64,000 nucleotides of DNA, taken from positions 992,001 to 1,056,000 of the forward strand of contig OZ244999.1 of assembly GCA_965223265.1 (NCBI GenBank), read 5' to 3'. A program made the position numbers and the translations under genes. The notes beneath the pieces are model-generated. The model had not been told where the DNA came from and searched no databases. It saw only the letters and a program-made list of their open reading frames with translations. Source of the DNA: Planctomycetota bacterium (GTDB lineage Bacteria; Planctomycetota; UBA8108; SXIK01). Positions 33,246-43,153 of the stretch are shown here, in pieces; the stretch's first letter is position 1; the number at the start of each line of letters is the position of its first letter.

Positions 33246-36200
33246 ATGCACGAGCCAGCAGTATCGGAGCGCGCACAATCCGAAAGAAAGACACCGCAAC
33301 AAGAGCAGCGAGGAATCAGCATTTCTCGCCACTTTACCGACGCGTCCCAAGACCCGTACGAGACAGCTGTCTGGAAAAAGCGGCGCGCCGAGATAAAAGG
33401 TGCTGACGGTGAAGTCGTCTTTGAGGCTTCCGACGTCGAATTTCCCTCTCACTTTTCAGCCGTTTCAATTGACATTACAGCGTCGAAGTACTTCAGGCGC
33501 TCGGCACCGACTACTCGAGGTGCTGAAACAAGCCTAAAAGAAGTGGTCGGACGCATGACCCTTGCATGGCGCACGTGGGGCGAAAAGCTTGGCTACTTCA
33601 AGACTCCCGCTGACGCGCAGGCTTTCCAAGACGAGCTGACACACATGCTCGTCCACCAAGTAGCAGCACCAAACTCCCCTCAGTTTTTTAACACGGGGCT
33701 CCACGAAGCCTACGGCCTTACGGGCCCGCCGCAAGGTCACTACTACGTAGACCCTGACACCAAGGAGGTCTTAGAGAGCCGTGACACGTATTCGCGCTGT
33801 CAGCCTCACGCGTGCTTCATTAACGCTGTAACTGACGACCTTCTTGGCCCGGGCGGAATCATGGACTTGTGGACGCGCGAGGCGCGCCTTTTTAAATTTG
33901 GAAGCGGCACCGGCACGAATTTCTCGATAATCCGTGGCGAAGGCGAGCCGCTCTCAAGCGGTGGTGTGTCGTCAGGTCTCATTTCGTTCTTGCGAGTTGG
34001 CGACCGAGCTGCCGGTGCTATCAAGTCAGGCGGTACCACTCGTCGCGCAGCCAAAATGGTGTGTTTGGACGACGACCACCCAGACATTGAAGCCTTTGTG
34101 AACTGGAAGCCAGCAGAAGAAAAGAAAGCCAAGGCGCTCATAGCCGCTGGATTTGGCACTGACTTTAACGGCGAGGCGTACGCCACAGTGAGCGGCCAGA
34201 ATTCAAACAACTCTGTCAGAGTGTCTGACGAGTTCATGCGAGCAGTCGAAGAAAAAGGCGATTGGTTTTTGCGGCGAAGGACTGACGGCGAAGTCTCTAA
34301 GGTGCTTCCAGCCACACGGCTATTTGCTCAAATGTGTCACGCAACGTGGGAGTGTGCTGACCCAGGGCTTCAGTTCGATTCAACCATTCAAGACTGGCAC
34401 ACGTGCCCAGAGTCAGGCCGCATTAACGCGAGCAATCCGTGCTCAGAATACATGTTTCTCGATAACACGGCGTGCAACCTCGCTTCGATTAATCTTCTCA
34501 AGTTTCTTGACTGTGAAACCGGTGAGTTTCAGGTCGAAGACTTCCGTCACGCAGTGCGCCTTTGGACCATGGTGCTCGAAATTTCAGTCGCAATGGCGCA
34601 ATTCCCGTCGCCAGAAATAGCAGAACGCTCGGAGCACTTCCGCACACTTGGCCTTGGCTACGCTAACCTCGGGACACTTCTCATGGTCATGGGAATTCCC
34701 TACGACAGTGAAGAGGGAAGGGCAGTTACAGGCGCCATTACGGCAATCATGGGCGGTGAAGCGTACTTTGCGTCAGCTCTTATGGCAGCAAAGCTTGGTG
34801 CGTTTGAAGGCTACGCTGAAAACGAAGAGCACATGCAGCGCGTAATCAGAAACCACCACCGCGCAGCGTACGGAGCACCGGCTAAAGACTACGAGCAAGT
34901 TGGAACACCGCCAAAAGGACTCAGCGAAGACCTCATGCCCGAGAAGTTGCGGTACCTCGTTCGTGAAGCAAGAGACGCGTGGGGCAGAGCTCTCTACACA
35001 GGAGAAGAGTACGGCTTTCGTAACGCTCAAGTGACCGTCCTCGCACCGACTGGAACAATCGGGTTCTATCTCGATTGCGACACCATGGGAGTCGAGCCAG
35101 AGTTTGCGCTGGTAAAGCACAAGACCTTCGCTGGCGGTGGAGACAGGCGGATTGTGAACCAGTCAGTAAAAGGCGGGCTACAAACGCTTGGATACAAGCC
35201 ACCCGAGATAGAGCGAATCCTTTCCCACGTAAAGGAGAATGAGACCGTAGAAGGAGCCCCCGGGCTACGCGAAGAGCACTTGGCTGTCTTCGACACTGCA
35301 AACAGAAGCGGTAACGGCACACGCGTCATTTCAACTGGTGGACACATTCGCATGCTTGCAGCTGCACAACCGTTTCTCTCTGGTGCCATTTCCAAAACAG
35401 TGAACCTTCCTAAGGAAGCCACTGTGGAAGACATTCGCGAGTCGTTTCTCCTCGCACATGAAATTGGAGTGAAAGCGATTGCGCTCTATCGCGACGGCTC
35501 GAAAGGCTCACAGCCGCTAAACACAACAGCGACTTCAACTGACGGCGCAAAGATTGAAATCAAGTGCGCTGGTTGTGGCGATTCCGCAACACCGGAAAAG
35601 GGAGTGATTGCAGTAGCGAAGAAAAACCCGCTCGATAATTTTCCAGACGAGATTACAGCGCTTCCGCAATGGGTCCTTTGGGAACGCGTTGGTGGCAAAA
35701 AGCTTCCGCTACAGATAAACGGCCGTAGAGCCTCAAGCACTGACCCAACTACGTGGTCTACCTTTGGTGAGGCAAGAGCAGCGCTTCAAGCGCAAGGGCG
35801 AGCGGCTGGGCTTGGCTTTGTTTTCACAGACAATGACCCCTTTGTCGGAATCGATTTGGACAAGGTGCGTCAGTCTTGGGACGGGGATTCCCCTGACTGG
35901 GTTTCAGGGCTCATTGAAGACCTTGCCACGTACACCGAAGTGTCTGTGTCTGGTAAGGGCTACCACCTAATTGTTAAGGCACCAAACCAGTACTTTCGCG
36001 GAGGGAAGTGGCTCTACCAAGCGCCAGGTGACGGTGAGCATAAGATAGAGGTGTACCCGCGCGACCGCTTTTTCACCATGACTGGCGACATTCACGTCTA
36101 TGACGGAGCACTCGCAGAGGTTGACGACAGGACCAAGGAATTTGCAGAGTTCTTTTCGCGGCTACGGGAAGAGCCAAGGCCAACTCGCCAAAGACGACCT

Positions 36201-36527
36201 GGTGACAGGTTTCGTTCGCCGGTTAACACAGAGAAAATGCTTGGGCTATTCCGTGAGCTTGGCGTTGACCCAACGGCAAATGGAAGAAAGCACGTCACTG
36301 TCTCTTGCCCGTTTCATGACGACGACGCGCCGTCGCTAAAAATCACGCCTGACCAAGGCTTTTACTGTCATGCAGAAGAGTGGGGCGGAGGAAGTAGCGC
36401 ATTGCAGAGACGAATCGCCGCGCTCTCCGACGACGAGCTTCGTGACGTTGAGCGTCGCACTGGGGTTCCATACGAAACGCTCTCAAAGATTCGCGAGCGG
36501 TTCTTGCCGCCACCGCCAAAGCTTTAG
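33246..36527 (+). CDS. nrdJ: Class II (AdoCbl) ribonucleotide reductase fused to an NrS-1-like primase-polymerase and a CHC2-like Zn finger
   Basis: RNR motifs: [59 protein letters not shown]. PrimPol motifs: [47 protein letters not shown]. Zn finger: CPFHDD..PSL..FYCH. Confidence 0.9.
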   Translation: MHEPAVSERAQSERKTPQQEQRGISISRHFTDASQDPYETAVWKKRRAEIKGADGEVVFEASDVEFPSHFSAVSIDITASKYFRRSAPTTRGAETSLKEVVGRMTLAWRTWGEKLGYFKTPADAQAFQDELTHMLVHQVAAPNSPQFFNTGLHEAYGLTGPPQGHYYVDPDTKEVLESRDTYSRCQPHACFINAVTDDLLGPGGIMDLWTREARLFKFGSGTGTNFSIIRGEGEPLSSGGVSSGLISFLRVGDRAAGAIKSGGTTRRAAKMVCLDDDHPDIEAFVNWKPAEEKKAKALIAAGFGTDFNGEAYATVSGQNSNNSVRVSDEFMRAVEEKGDWFLRRRTDGEVSKVLPATRLFAQMCHATWECADPGLQFDSTIQDWHTCPESGRINASNPCSEYMFLDNTACNLASINLLKFLDCETGEFQVEDFRHAVRLWTMVLEISVAMAQFPSPEIAERSEHFRTLGLGYANLGTLLMVMGIPYDSEEGRAVTGAITAIMGGEAYFASALMAAKLGAFEGYAENEEHMQRVIRNHHRAAYGAPAKDYEQVGTPPKGLSEDLMPEKLRYLVREARDAWGRALYTGEEYGFRNAQVTVLAPTGTIGFYLDCDTMGVEPEFALVKHKTFAGGGDRRIVNQSVKGGLQTLGYKPPEIERILSHVKENETVEGAPGLREEHLAVFDTANRSGNGTRVISTGGHIRMLAAAQPFLSGAISKTVNLPKEATVEDIRESFLLAHEIGVKAIALYRDGSKGSQPLNTTATSTDGAKIEIKCAGCGDSATPEKGVIAVAKKNPLDNFPDEITALPQWVLWERVGGKKLPLQINGRRASSTDPTTWSTFGEARAALQAQGRAAGLGFVFTDNDPFVGIDLDKVRQSWDGDSPDWVSGLIEDLATYTEVSVSGKGYHLIVKAPNQYFRGGKWLYQAPGDGEHKIEVYPRDRFFTMTGDIHVYDGALAEVDDRTKEFAEFFSRLREEPRPTRQRRPGDRFRSPVNTEKMLGLFRELGVDPTANGRKHVTVSCPFHDDDAPSLKITPDQGFYCHAEEWGGGSSALQRRIAALSDDELRDVERRTGVPYETLSKIRERFLPPPPKL

Positions 36528-36539
36528 GAGTGGGTCTAT

Positions 36540-36756
36540 CGCGGACGTTCGCGCTACCTTTCTTCACAACCAGCGAGTCGATGTGGTTGTTTACTTCACC
36601 GACGGCCATGGTAGAGCGCCAGAGCGTCCACCTCGTGTTCCCGTTCTTTGGTGTCTCACACCCAATGGAATGCGCCCGTGCGAGTGGGGTCGCTTCGTCT
36701 ACATGTCGGGTTTCGTAGACGCAGACGTGAGTTCTTTCTCCTGGCTATTGTCGTGA
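36540..36756 (+). pseudogene. C-terminal fragment of a DUF2201-type VWA-like protein
   Basis: VVVYFTDGHG..PERPPRVPVLWCLT...PCEWG motif with no N-terminal part. Confidence 0.6.
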
Positions 36757-36767
36757 GTGGTAGACGC

Positions 36768-37357
36768 ATGATTCGCCAAGAACTTCCAGGCGGTCACCAT
36801 CTCCTAACGGGCGCGCTCCCCGACGAGCTCCGCCTCGGTGAAGGAGAGTTCGAAACGCTTTGGCACCGTCATCCAGACGAATACCACCAAGTCAGGACGC
36901 CGAGAGGACAGCGGGTTCCAACACCTCGCTGGCAGCAGGCCTACGACAGGGACTACGTCTACACCGGAAGCAAGAACAACGCGCTTCCCCTTAGCGTGCT
37001 GACCGACGGTATTCCGAAACTCTCGCGCATCGTCAGGTGGTGTCAGTCAGAGATTGACGGACGCCTAAACGGTGTACTCGTCAATTGGTACGACGGAAGC
37101 CGTGGGCACTACATTGGAAAGCACCGCGATAGCAGGAAAGGGCTGATTCTGGGAACTCCAATCGTCACGCTGTCTTTCGGCGAAACGCGCACCTTCCGGC
37201 TTCGTCCGTACAAAGGCGACGCTCAGCGCTTGGACTTCGACGCCCCGGACGGAACCGTCTTCGTTCTTCCGTTTGAGACCAATCTCGCGCACGGATAACG
37301 AAGTCGAAGCGCTGCCAAGGTCGTCGCGTGTCAGTAACGCTTCGGGCGTTTGTTTGA
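36768..37357 (+). pseudogene. AlkB-like 2OG-Fe(II) dioxygenase, frameshifted near 37294
   Basis: TPRWQQAY, LVNWY, IGKHRD (HxD), TLSFGETR. Stops at HG*, but the shifted frame continues ITKSKRCQGRRVSVTLRAFV* (RxSxTxR motif). Confidence 0.82.
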
Positions 37358-37485
37358 ACGATTGAGCTCCGGTGGAATGGCCACCAGAACGAGCGCTCTT
37401 TCGTGGAGAGCCCGTGAGCGTCTTCGTCGCAGGCGGGTCGAAGCGCGACTGCTATCCCGGCACGCGATTCTGCCGTTGACACCAC

Positions 37486-38223
37486 TCAAGACCCAACCGC
37501 TCGTTCGAAGTTGGCAGACACTCGTGCGGCGGCATCCTCCAGCGAGCAGGACCAAGTTTCCGACAGGTATTTCAGAACAACCGAAACGTCTCTCGGCTCT
37601 GCAGGCCGCTTTCCGTATTTCACAAACGGCCCGTCACTTTCGGTCAAGACGAGGTCGGGTTCCATGCAACGAATTAGCGCTTGCCCGGACTTCGAACGAA
37701 TCATCGCGGGGTTGACCGAGAAGAAAAAGCCTCGACTGGAGGCAGAAGCGACCTCCCTCTTGGAGCCGCTGAAGTAATGGAGGATAGCTGTTCCCCGGAA
37801 GGTAGCCCCCAAAATTGCGAGTACGTCCTTAGACGACCTACGTGAGTGAATCGATAGGACTCTGTCGCCCAGCATCGTGCACGCATCGACCACTTTCGAA
37901 AAAACCTCTCGCTGCAGTGAACGCTCGGCTTCGTCTCTTGTCTGGTAGTCGAGGCCGACCTCCCCTACGAATCTGGTACGTTCCAGCAGCCCCCTGAGTA
38001 GGTCCAGTTCACCTGAACGAGTCTTCACCAACTGCGGATGCAATCCGAGAGCTGCGTGCACAGTGGGATACTGGTGCGACAACTCCAGGGTATGCTCAAA
38101 CACGGAGGGTGCGTTTGTGACGGCGATGAGGTGACAGCCCTCCCCTCGCGACGCGGCAGCAAGGAGCTGTGGTGGTGCGGGAAATAGGTCCACGTGGCAG
38201 TGGGCGTCAACGAGCCGGGTCAT
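37486..38223 (-). CDS. qatD: QatD, TatD-family nuclease
   Basis: DAHCHVD, GLHP, GEVGLD, IHSR, HYFSG, TESDGP. Last gene of the qat operon. Confidence 0.9.
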   Translation of the reverse strand: MTRLVDAHCHVDLFPAPPQLLAAASRGEGCHLIAVTNAPSVFEHTLELSHQYPTVHAALGLHPQLVKTRSGELDLLRGLLERTRFVGEVGLDYQTRDEAERSLQREVFSKVVDACTMLGDRVLSIHSRRSSKDVLAILGATFRGTAILHYFSGSKREVASASSRGFFFSVNPAMIRSKSGQALIRCMEPDLVLTESDGPFVKYGKRPAEPRDVSVVLKYLSETWSCSLEDAAARVSANFERAVGS

Positions 38224-39556
38224 TGGCCGTCCCTTTTTTCTTGTCCGCACTCTCAAAAAACCGAGACAGTTCGTCGATTCCTCGACGATATACGCTGACC
38301 CAATCGCCTACCTCTTCGGGCTCGATTGGGCCAGAACTCAGGACATCGCAAATATCGTGTTCCCGACTGGTCCCCAGGTACCGGTTGAGCGCAATCTGAA
38401 TCGCCCAGGCGTCTCTGCCAGACTCTGTCTCGTGACTGGGAGGGTCACTGAGCACGTCTATTGCGTAAGTCGCATCAGAGCATTTCGCGTGTGCCACAGC
38501 AGCGCGTCTGATGACGCACGGCACGCAGTATCCGCAATGGGTACCCGGCGATAGTCCATGCCAACGGGCTGCCTCAGGGTGTGCGCATGACATCGTGCTC
38601 GGGAGAATCTCGTAGAGTAGCGCCGGATTCGCGGATTCCGCGAGCATCTCGCCCTTGGTTTTGAACCTGTATGGGAAGTCAATCGAGTTCTTTAGCCCGA
38701 GCACAGACAACAGCTCGCGAAACGAAGCTCCGACAAACGGGTGCGTCGTTCGCGTGCTCAGGCTTCCTGAGCGCGAATCTGTAAACGGGACGTTCAGCGT
38801 TATGAGGCCGTTCTCCGATACGTACAGCGGCGTGGCCTCGTCGATTGCATTCGCAACGAGCAAGCCTAACGCGAAGAACAGAAAAGACCGTGAGCGCTTC
38901 GTCGTCTCACGGGTGGAATCGGCTATCGTCGGTGGCTCGACGAAGAAGAACGCCGAAGCTACTCTCTCGCCATAGTGCTTCTTGATTCGGTCAAACACGT
39001 CCGCTTGAAAATGGTGCGTCATGCCCGCGCCGTAATGGCCCACGAGCGCGAGACGACGCCCTCGTTCCAGGAGGTCTATAGTACCAACCAGCGAGTCGAC
39101 TCCTCCCGAGAACAGTGAGACCGCGTTCGGTGCCGACTCCATTTCGCCGGTCGGTTCGAAGTCTGGCGAGTACTCCCTCGTACGAAAGTGTAAATCCCAA
39201 TCATCCCCTGATAGGAACGATAGAAGTCTGGTGAGTGGCTCTTTGGCCTCATTCCACGCTTTCTCGTTGGCTACGGGAACGTAGAGTGTAATCTCGCGTG
39301 TCCAGCCATCGCTGGCAGTGCTTCGTTCGATGCAGTGGTCCGAAGCGTAGACCACCATCGCAAGCACGGCCAGGTCGTACGCTTGCTCCTCGAACTTCCG
39401 CACGGACCGTGGAGCCATAGTCCGCAGCACCCCTTCGCGCATGCGGAATCCATCGGCTTCTTCGGCGAATGAGAGCACGAGCCGCGGAGTGTCCGACGTC
39501 AAATCTGGGAAATAGCAATCTTCCTCTTCGACATGTACGACTACGTGCCATCTCAT
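38207..39556 (-). CDS. qatC: QatC, QueC-like PP-loop protein
   Basis: DGWTR, LFSGGVDS, RSRSFLF, ENGLITLNVP, STRTTHP, SCAH, HCGYCVPCVIRR. Confidence 0.92.
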   Translation of the reverse strand: MRWHVVVHVEEEDCYFPDLTSDTPRLVLSFAEEADGFRMREGVLRTMAPRSVRKFEEQAYDLAVLAMVVYASDHCIERSTASDGWTREITLYVPVANEKAWNEAKEPLTRLLSFLSGDDWDLHFRTREYSPDFEPTGEMESAPNAVSLFSGGVDSLVGTIDLLERGRRLALVGHYGAGMTHHFQADVFDRIKKHYGERVASAFFFVEPPTIADSTRETTKRSRSFLFFALGLLVANAIDEATPLYVSENGLITLNVPFTDSRSGSLSTRTTHPFVGASFRELLSVLGLKNSIDFPYRFKTKGEMLAESANPALLYEILPSTMSCAHPEAARWHGLSPGTHCGYCVPCVIRRAAVAHAKCSDATYAIDVLSDPPSHETESGRDAWAIQIALNRYLGTSREHDICDVLSSGPIEPEEVGDWVSVYRRGIDELSRFFESADKKKGTANDPAR

Positions 39557-40452
39557 TCGGCGACCTCCAGCAGACCGTAGGCGCTGTCGAAAATCTCGTT
39601 GATGATTCCGGAACCCTCCGGGCCGGACCAATCGACACCAAGAACGTCAAGGTCTTTGGTATCGAGCTTCACACACTCTCTGACGTAGTTCTTGACCATC
39701 CTCTCGAGACGAACCGCGGAATCTGGCGAAACAGCCCCCTTTTCGATGCTCTGACCGAGCTCTTCCAGCCACCTTGAGTAGATGTACCCGCTGACCGAGT
39801 CCCGGATGGCGGAGGCGACGTCGTCTCGCGTCATACTCTCGAGCGGCGACAGGTCGTTCGAGTCGAAATCGCACCGCTGAAAAACCCGATACAAGGCTTC
39901 ATTCGCTGCCCTTCGCGCCGCGGTCTCTTCACGTTTTGCACCGTGTGGGGCCAGGGCGTTCGCGATGGCGGCAAAAACCTCGCCGACACTTCTCCCGACG
40001 AATCTCTCAAGACCGAGCGAGCCGAGAGCGGCGCGAACTCCGCCGCGTGCGACATTGGACAGAAACGAGCCAACACCGGCAGCCACGGCCCGACCAGACC
40101 TCGAGGTACGAGTCGCGGCGCGGGAACCACCTCTACCCCGCACGTAAGCGCGACCCGCCGAACGGGGGCCTCGTCCTCCGCCTCCGCCCGAAGCGAATCG
40201 CGTTAGGTTCGCTTTCGCCGTTCTCCAATGAGCTGACGGCTGCACCCGGCCGGAATTGCTATCTGGGGGAGTTGATTGAGTGGCTTCGGGAGGAGAAGGT
40301 GTGGGGCCCTGCTCTGTAGCTTCATCGTTGGGCGGTGCTGCTCCGCCGCCCCCATCGTCCGAGCCGTCCGTCGGTGTCGGCGGAGGAACCGCCCAACTCG
40401 GCAGTAGGCTTTGCTCTGGTGCCGGTCCACCATATGAGTCCGACGTGCCCAC
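39553..40452 (-). CDS. qatB: QatB
   Basis: Characteristic MGTSxSYGGP N-terminus and Gly/Pro-rich region. Lies between qatA and qatC, with an ATGA overlap into qatC. Confidence 0.88.
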   Translation of the reverse strand: MGTSDSYGGPAPEQSLLPSWAVPPPTPTDGSDDGGGGAAPPNDEATEQGPTPSPPEATQSTPPDSNSGRVQPSAHWRTAKANLTRFASGGGGGRGPRSAGRAYVRGRGGSRAATRTSRSGRAVAAGVGSFLSNVARGGVRAALGSLGLERFVGRSVGEVFAAIANALAPHGAKREETAARRAANEALYRVFQRCDFDSNDLSPLESMTRDDVASAIRDSVSGYIYSRWLEELGQSIEKGAVSPDSAVRLERMVKNYVRECVKLDTKDLDVLGVDWSGPEGSGIINEIFDSAYGLLEVAE

Positions 40453-40456
40453 GTTC

Positions 40457-42376
40457 CTAGCGTTCCTTCTTCAACTTCGCGGCAGCCGCCTTCTTGAGCA
40501 TCGGATTGGAGCTACTCAACTCCCACTCACCGATGAGCGTCTCCGCTGCGGTTTCCGCTGAAGAGCCGGAACACGCATTTCGGAGCCTTGGTACAACGTC
40601 CGGCGGCAGCTTCATGTCCGGAGCCCGACGGAGATACCCAACAAGCTCGCCGCCCAAGTCGGACCTCGCTCCGACAAAGTCGAATAGTCGATACAAGACG
40701 CATTCGTCGGTAGTCCAGTCTTGCTCCTGCTCAGCTCGTGCGCCCAGTTCCTGGAAGACAGCCGCAGCATCGGCTGGGCTGAGTTGCGGGGAGGCTCCGA
40801 TGCCACGTCTGCGAATGCTCTCGCTGTCAGAAAGGACCTGGGTGAGCGATTCTTGAGCCTGCGGGCTGAGGCGCTGAATGCTTGAGACCATCGACCCCAG
40901 TACGTCCCGGGAAAAGAACACATACGGCCGAAGGTCAACGCCAGCAAGCGGCGGTTCGAGAGCCAGCCAATCGCGGACAAGCTCGTCGTTTGTCCACGCC
41001 TGGAGTTCGGCAGACAGAGGCGGCTCGCTTGGGCGCTCTGTCTCTTCGTCCGCGTCCGAGGAATCTTCTCTGCCTCGGTCTGCAGCAACGTGAGTCTCCA
41101 GGAGCTTGAGTTCTTTTGGAGTTCCTGCTTGCTCTGCCTGTAGTTGGGCCAGGCGCTTGAAAGACTCCGAGCGCAGGTACTCGAGAAGCATCAGCTTCGC
41201 CAAAACCTGTTGGTCCAGGTCCCCGATGCCCCGTGACTTCGCCATCTCCAAGCGCATGAGCAGCATGTTCAGGAACCGCTTGCACTGCCTCGGATTGCCG
41301 TTCAATCCCGGAGCGAGAATTGCGGATATCCGTGAAGCAAGAGCGAGACGGTCTGGAAGCCCATCGGGAATTGTCTCCAGGGTTTCGTGCGCAGTTGCGC
41401 TCCCGAACGCGCGGCCTTCTCGAATGCTCTCCGTTCGGAAAGCCCATTCAGCGCACTTTGTTATGGCATCCGCGTCCACACCGGCAAGCTGCGTGAACAG
41501 CAGGCTGATGTACGTTTCCATTTCCACGCGGCCGAGCACGGGTACGCGAACAGGATACTGTATGAGCTTTTCGAGGTAGTCGCGCCCCACTTCCGCTCGG
41601 CTCCCCGGGAGCTCTGGAAACCGACGCTGAACGGCGTACTTCACCAATCGCTCGTCCGCCCCGATGATGAATGCCGAGTGCGGAACGAACAGGAACAGCT
41701 TAATCGCCTCCAGCGTCTCAATTATCGTGTCCGGAAGGCAACGGTCCAAGTCATCGATTACAACCACCAACCTCTCGATATCCGCCGCTTCGAGGAGGGA
41801 CTTGAACTCGCCACGAAACTCTCGCACGCTCGTCTGAATTGTCTTCTCAGACTCATCAGCTAGTAGTTTCTCAAGTTCCTCTGGTTTGAGTTTCTCCAGA
41901 GATTCCTGCGCCTTTTCGAGCACTCCCGGAACATCGGAACCTACCGCGACACCGAGTGCCGCCGGACCGCCAATCGCGAGCGCTGTACCATACTTTCCAA
42001 CCGCCTTGCCCACTGTTCCAGCGACTCGAAACCAGTTGATACGGCGGAGAAGCTTGAGCCCAACGCGCTTGGCTACGTCCGAGAGGGTTTTCTTCTTGCG
42101 ACTCAAGAGTTCGCTGACAATGGTCTCGAGGAGGGCAGCTTTCGCGTCGTCAAACCCCTCAAAGAGCCACCCGTTGAACTCTAGAGTCAGAACCTTGGGG
42201 TCTGAACCGAGGCCCTCCGCGACGATTTTGAGTAGACTCGACTTGCCGCTACCCCAATCCCCGAACACACCAATTGTCGCGGGCAGCAATTGGTCGTTCT
42301 TCACGATTCCTCGAACTGCTTCAGCCAAGTGCCCGAAGCCAAGCAGGTCAATAGAGGTTTCGTTATCCGACCACAT
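40457..42376 (-). CDS. qatA: QatA, KAP-family P-loop ATPase
   Basis: MWSDNET..DLLGF, GDWGSGKS, IDDLDRCLP, YLEKLIQYP, GNPRQCKRFLN. Confidence 0.92.
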   Translation of the reverse strand: MWSDNETSIDLLGFGHLAEAVRGIVKNDQLLPATIGVFGDWGSGKSSLLKIVAEGLGSDPKVLTLEFNGWLFEGFDDAKAALLETIVSELLSRKKKTLSDVAKRVGLKLLRRINWFRVAGTVGKAVGKYGTALAIGGPAALGVAVGSDVPGVLEKAQESLEKLKPEELEKLLADESEKTIQTSVREFRGEFKSLLEAADIERLVVVIDDLDRCLPDTIIETLEAIKLFLFVPHSAFIIGADERLVKYAVQRRFPELPGSRAEVGRDYLEKLIQYPVRVPVLGRVEMETYISLLFTQLAGVDADAITKCAEWAFRTESIREGRAFGSATAHETLETIPDGLPDRLALASRISAILAPGLNGNPRQCKRFLNMLLMRLEMAKSRGIGDLDQQVLAKLMLLEYLRSESFKRLAQLQAEQAGTPKELKLLETHVAADRGREDSSDADEETERPSEPPLSAELQAWTNDELVRDWLALEPPLAGVDLRPYVFFSRDVLGSMVSSIQRLSPQAQESLTQVLSDSESIRRRGIGASPQLSPADAAAVFQELGARAEQEQDWTTDECVLYRLFDFVGARSDLGGELVGYLRRAPDMKLPPDVVPRLRNACSGSSAETAAETLIGEWELSSSNPMLKKAAAAKLKKER

Positions 42377-42421
42377 GCTTGCCTCTTTCGCGAATGGAGG
42401 TTGTATGAGTTTTTCGGGTTC

Positions 42422-42949
42422 TCACCACTTCGCCTCAAACTCCTCCTGAACGTGCGCGTCCGTCAAGTTCAGGTAAATGGCCGTAGTCTCAAGCCGGTCA
42501 TGGCCGAGCACTTTCTGTAACCATGGGAGGCTCATGCCTTTTTGAATCGCGCACGTCGCGAATGTGTGACGAAGAACGTGCGGCGTTACGTCACGAGAAA
42601 TCTGTGCTCGGTTAGCAACCGACTTCACGATTCTCTGCGCTTGCCGCACTCCGCAAAACCAGTCCTGGTGAAGTGCAAAGTACGGCTCAAGAATCGTTCT
42701 GACTCGATTCGAAAGAGGAACGACACGATTCTTTGTTCTCTTACCGTACGGTCCGCCCTTGCCCTTGATTCGAAGCTGACGCTGCTGCCACTGAATATTC
42801 TGCGGCGTAAGCGTACACAGCTCCTCAATCCGAAGGCCCGTATCGAGCAGAGTCCATACGATGAGCTTCTCGCGAGAGCTCTCGCAGGCATTGGAAAGCC
42901 GGTCAGCTTCTTCCGAGAGCAGCGGCTCCCGGACGAATTGATAGGCCAT
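42422..42949 (-). CDS. Small tyrosine recombinase (catalytic domain only, 175 aa)
   Basis: TGLRIEE, GKG..K, HVLRHTFAT, LGH, TAIY: the full R-K-H-R-H-Y set. Confidence 0.9.
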   Translation of the reverse strand: MAYQFVREPLLSEEADRLSNACESSREKLIVWTLLDTGLRIEELCTLTPQNIQWQQRQLRIKGKGGPYGKRTKNRVVPLSNRVRTILEPYFALHQDWFCGVRQAQRIVKSVANRAQISRDVTPHVLRHTFATCAIQKGMSLPWLQKVLGHDRLETTAIYLNLTDAHVQEEFEAKW

Positions 42950-42999
42950 TCGTCTCTCTCCACATGTTGCGCCGCTCCTGCGGCGACGCACTTTTCCCA

Positions 43000-43153
43000 G
43001 GAAAGCGACATTAGGTCGCCTTCCATCGAATAGCCTATCAGACTGCGACGGTCTCGAAAAGCCCCTGATTTGACGGCTAAGACCGCCCTATGGAGCCACT
43101 TACACGAGACTTCGGGCGGCGGAGCGTGTCGCCTTTCTATGCCGAAGGCGACA
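43000..43153. promoter_or_regulatory. Two imperfect palindromes, candidate recombinase binding/core sites
   Basis: ggaaagcga-N7-tcgccttcc (43000-43024) and tgtcgcctt-N9-aaggcgaca (43127-43153), upstream of the recombinase gene. Confidence 0.5.

Noticed and set aside
33246-36527. Intein or homing endonuclease as the cause of the long nrdJ
   Set aside because: The extra sequence is C-terminal, lacks intein splice-junction motifs and LAGLIDADG/HNH motifs, and carries PrimPol motifs instead.
38207-39556. QueC as queuosine biosynthesis or Dpd DNA modification
   Set aside because: The context is qatA/qatB/TatD, and no queD/queE/queF or dpdA is nearby.
42422-42949. This recombinase as the ssrA island integrase
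   Set aside because: It lies more than 10 kb from the att site and lacks arm- and core-binding domains. A resolvase or invertase role is more likely.
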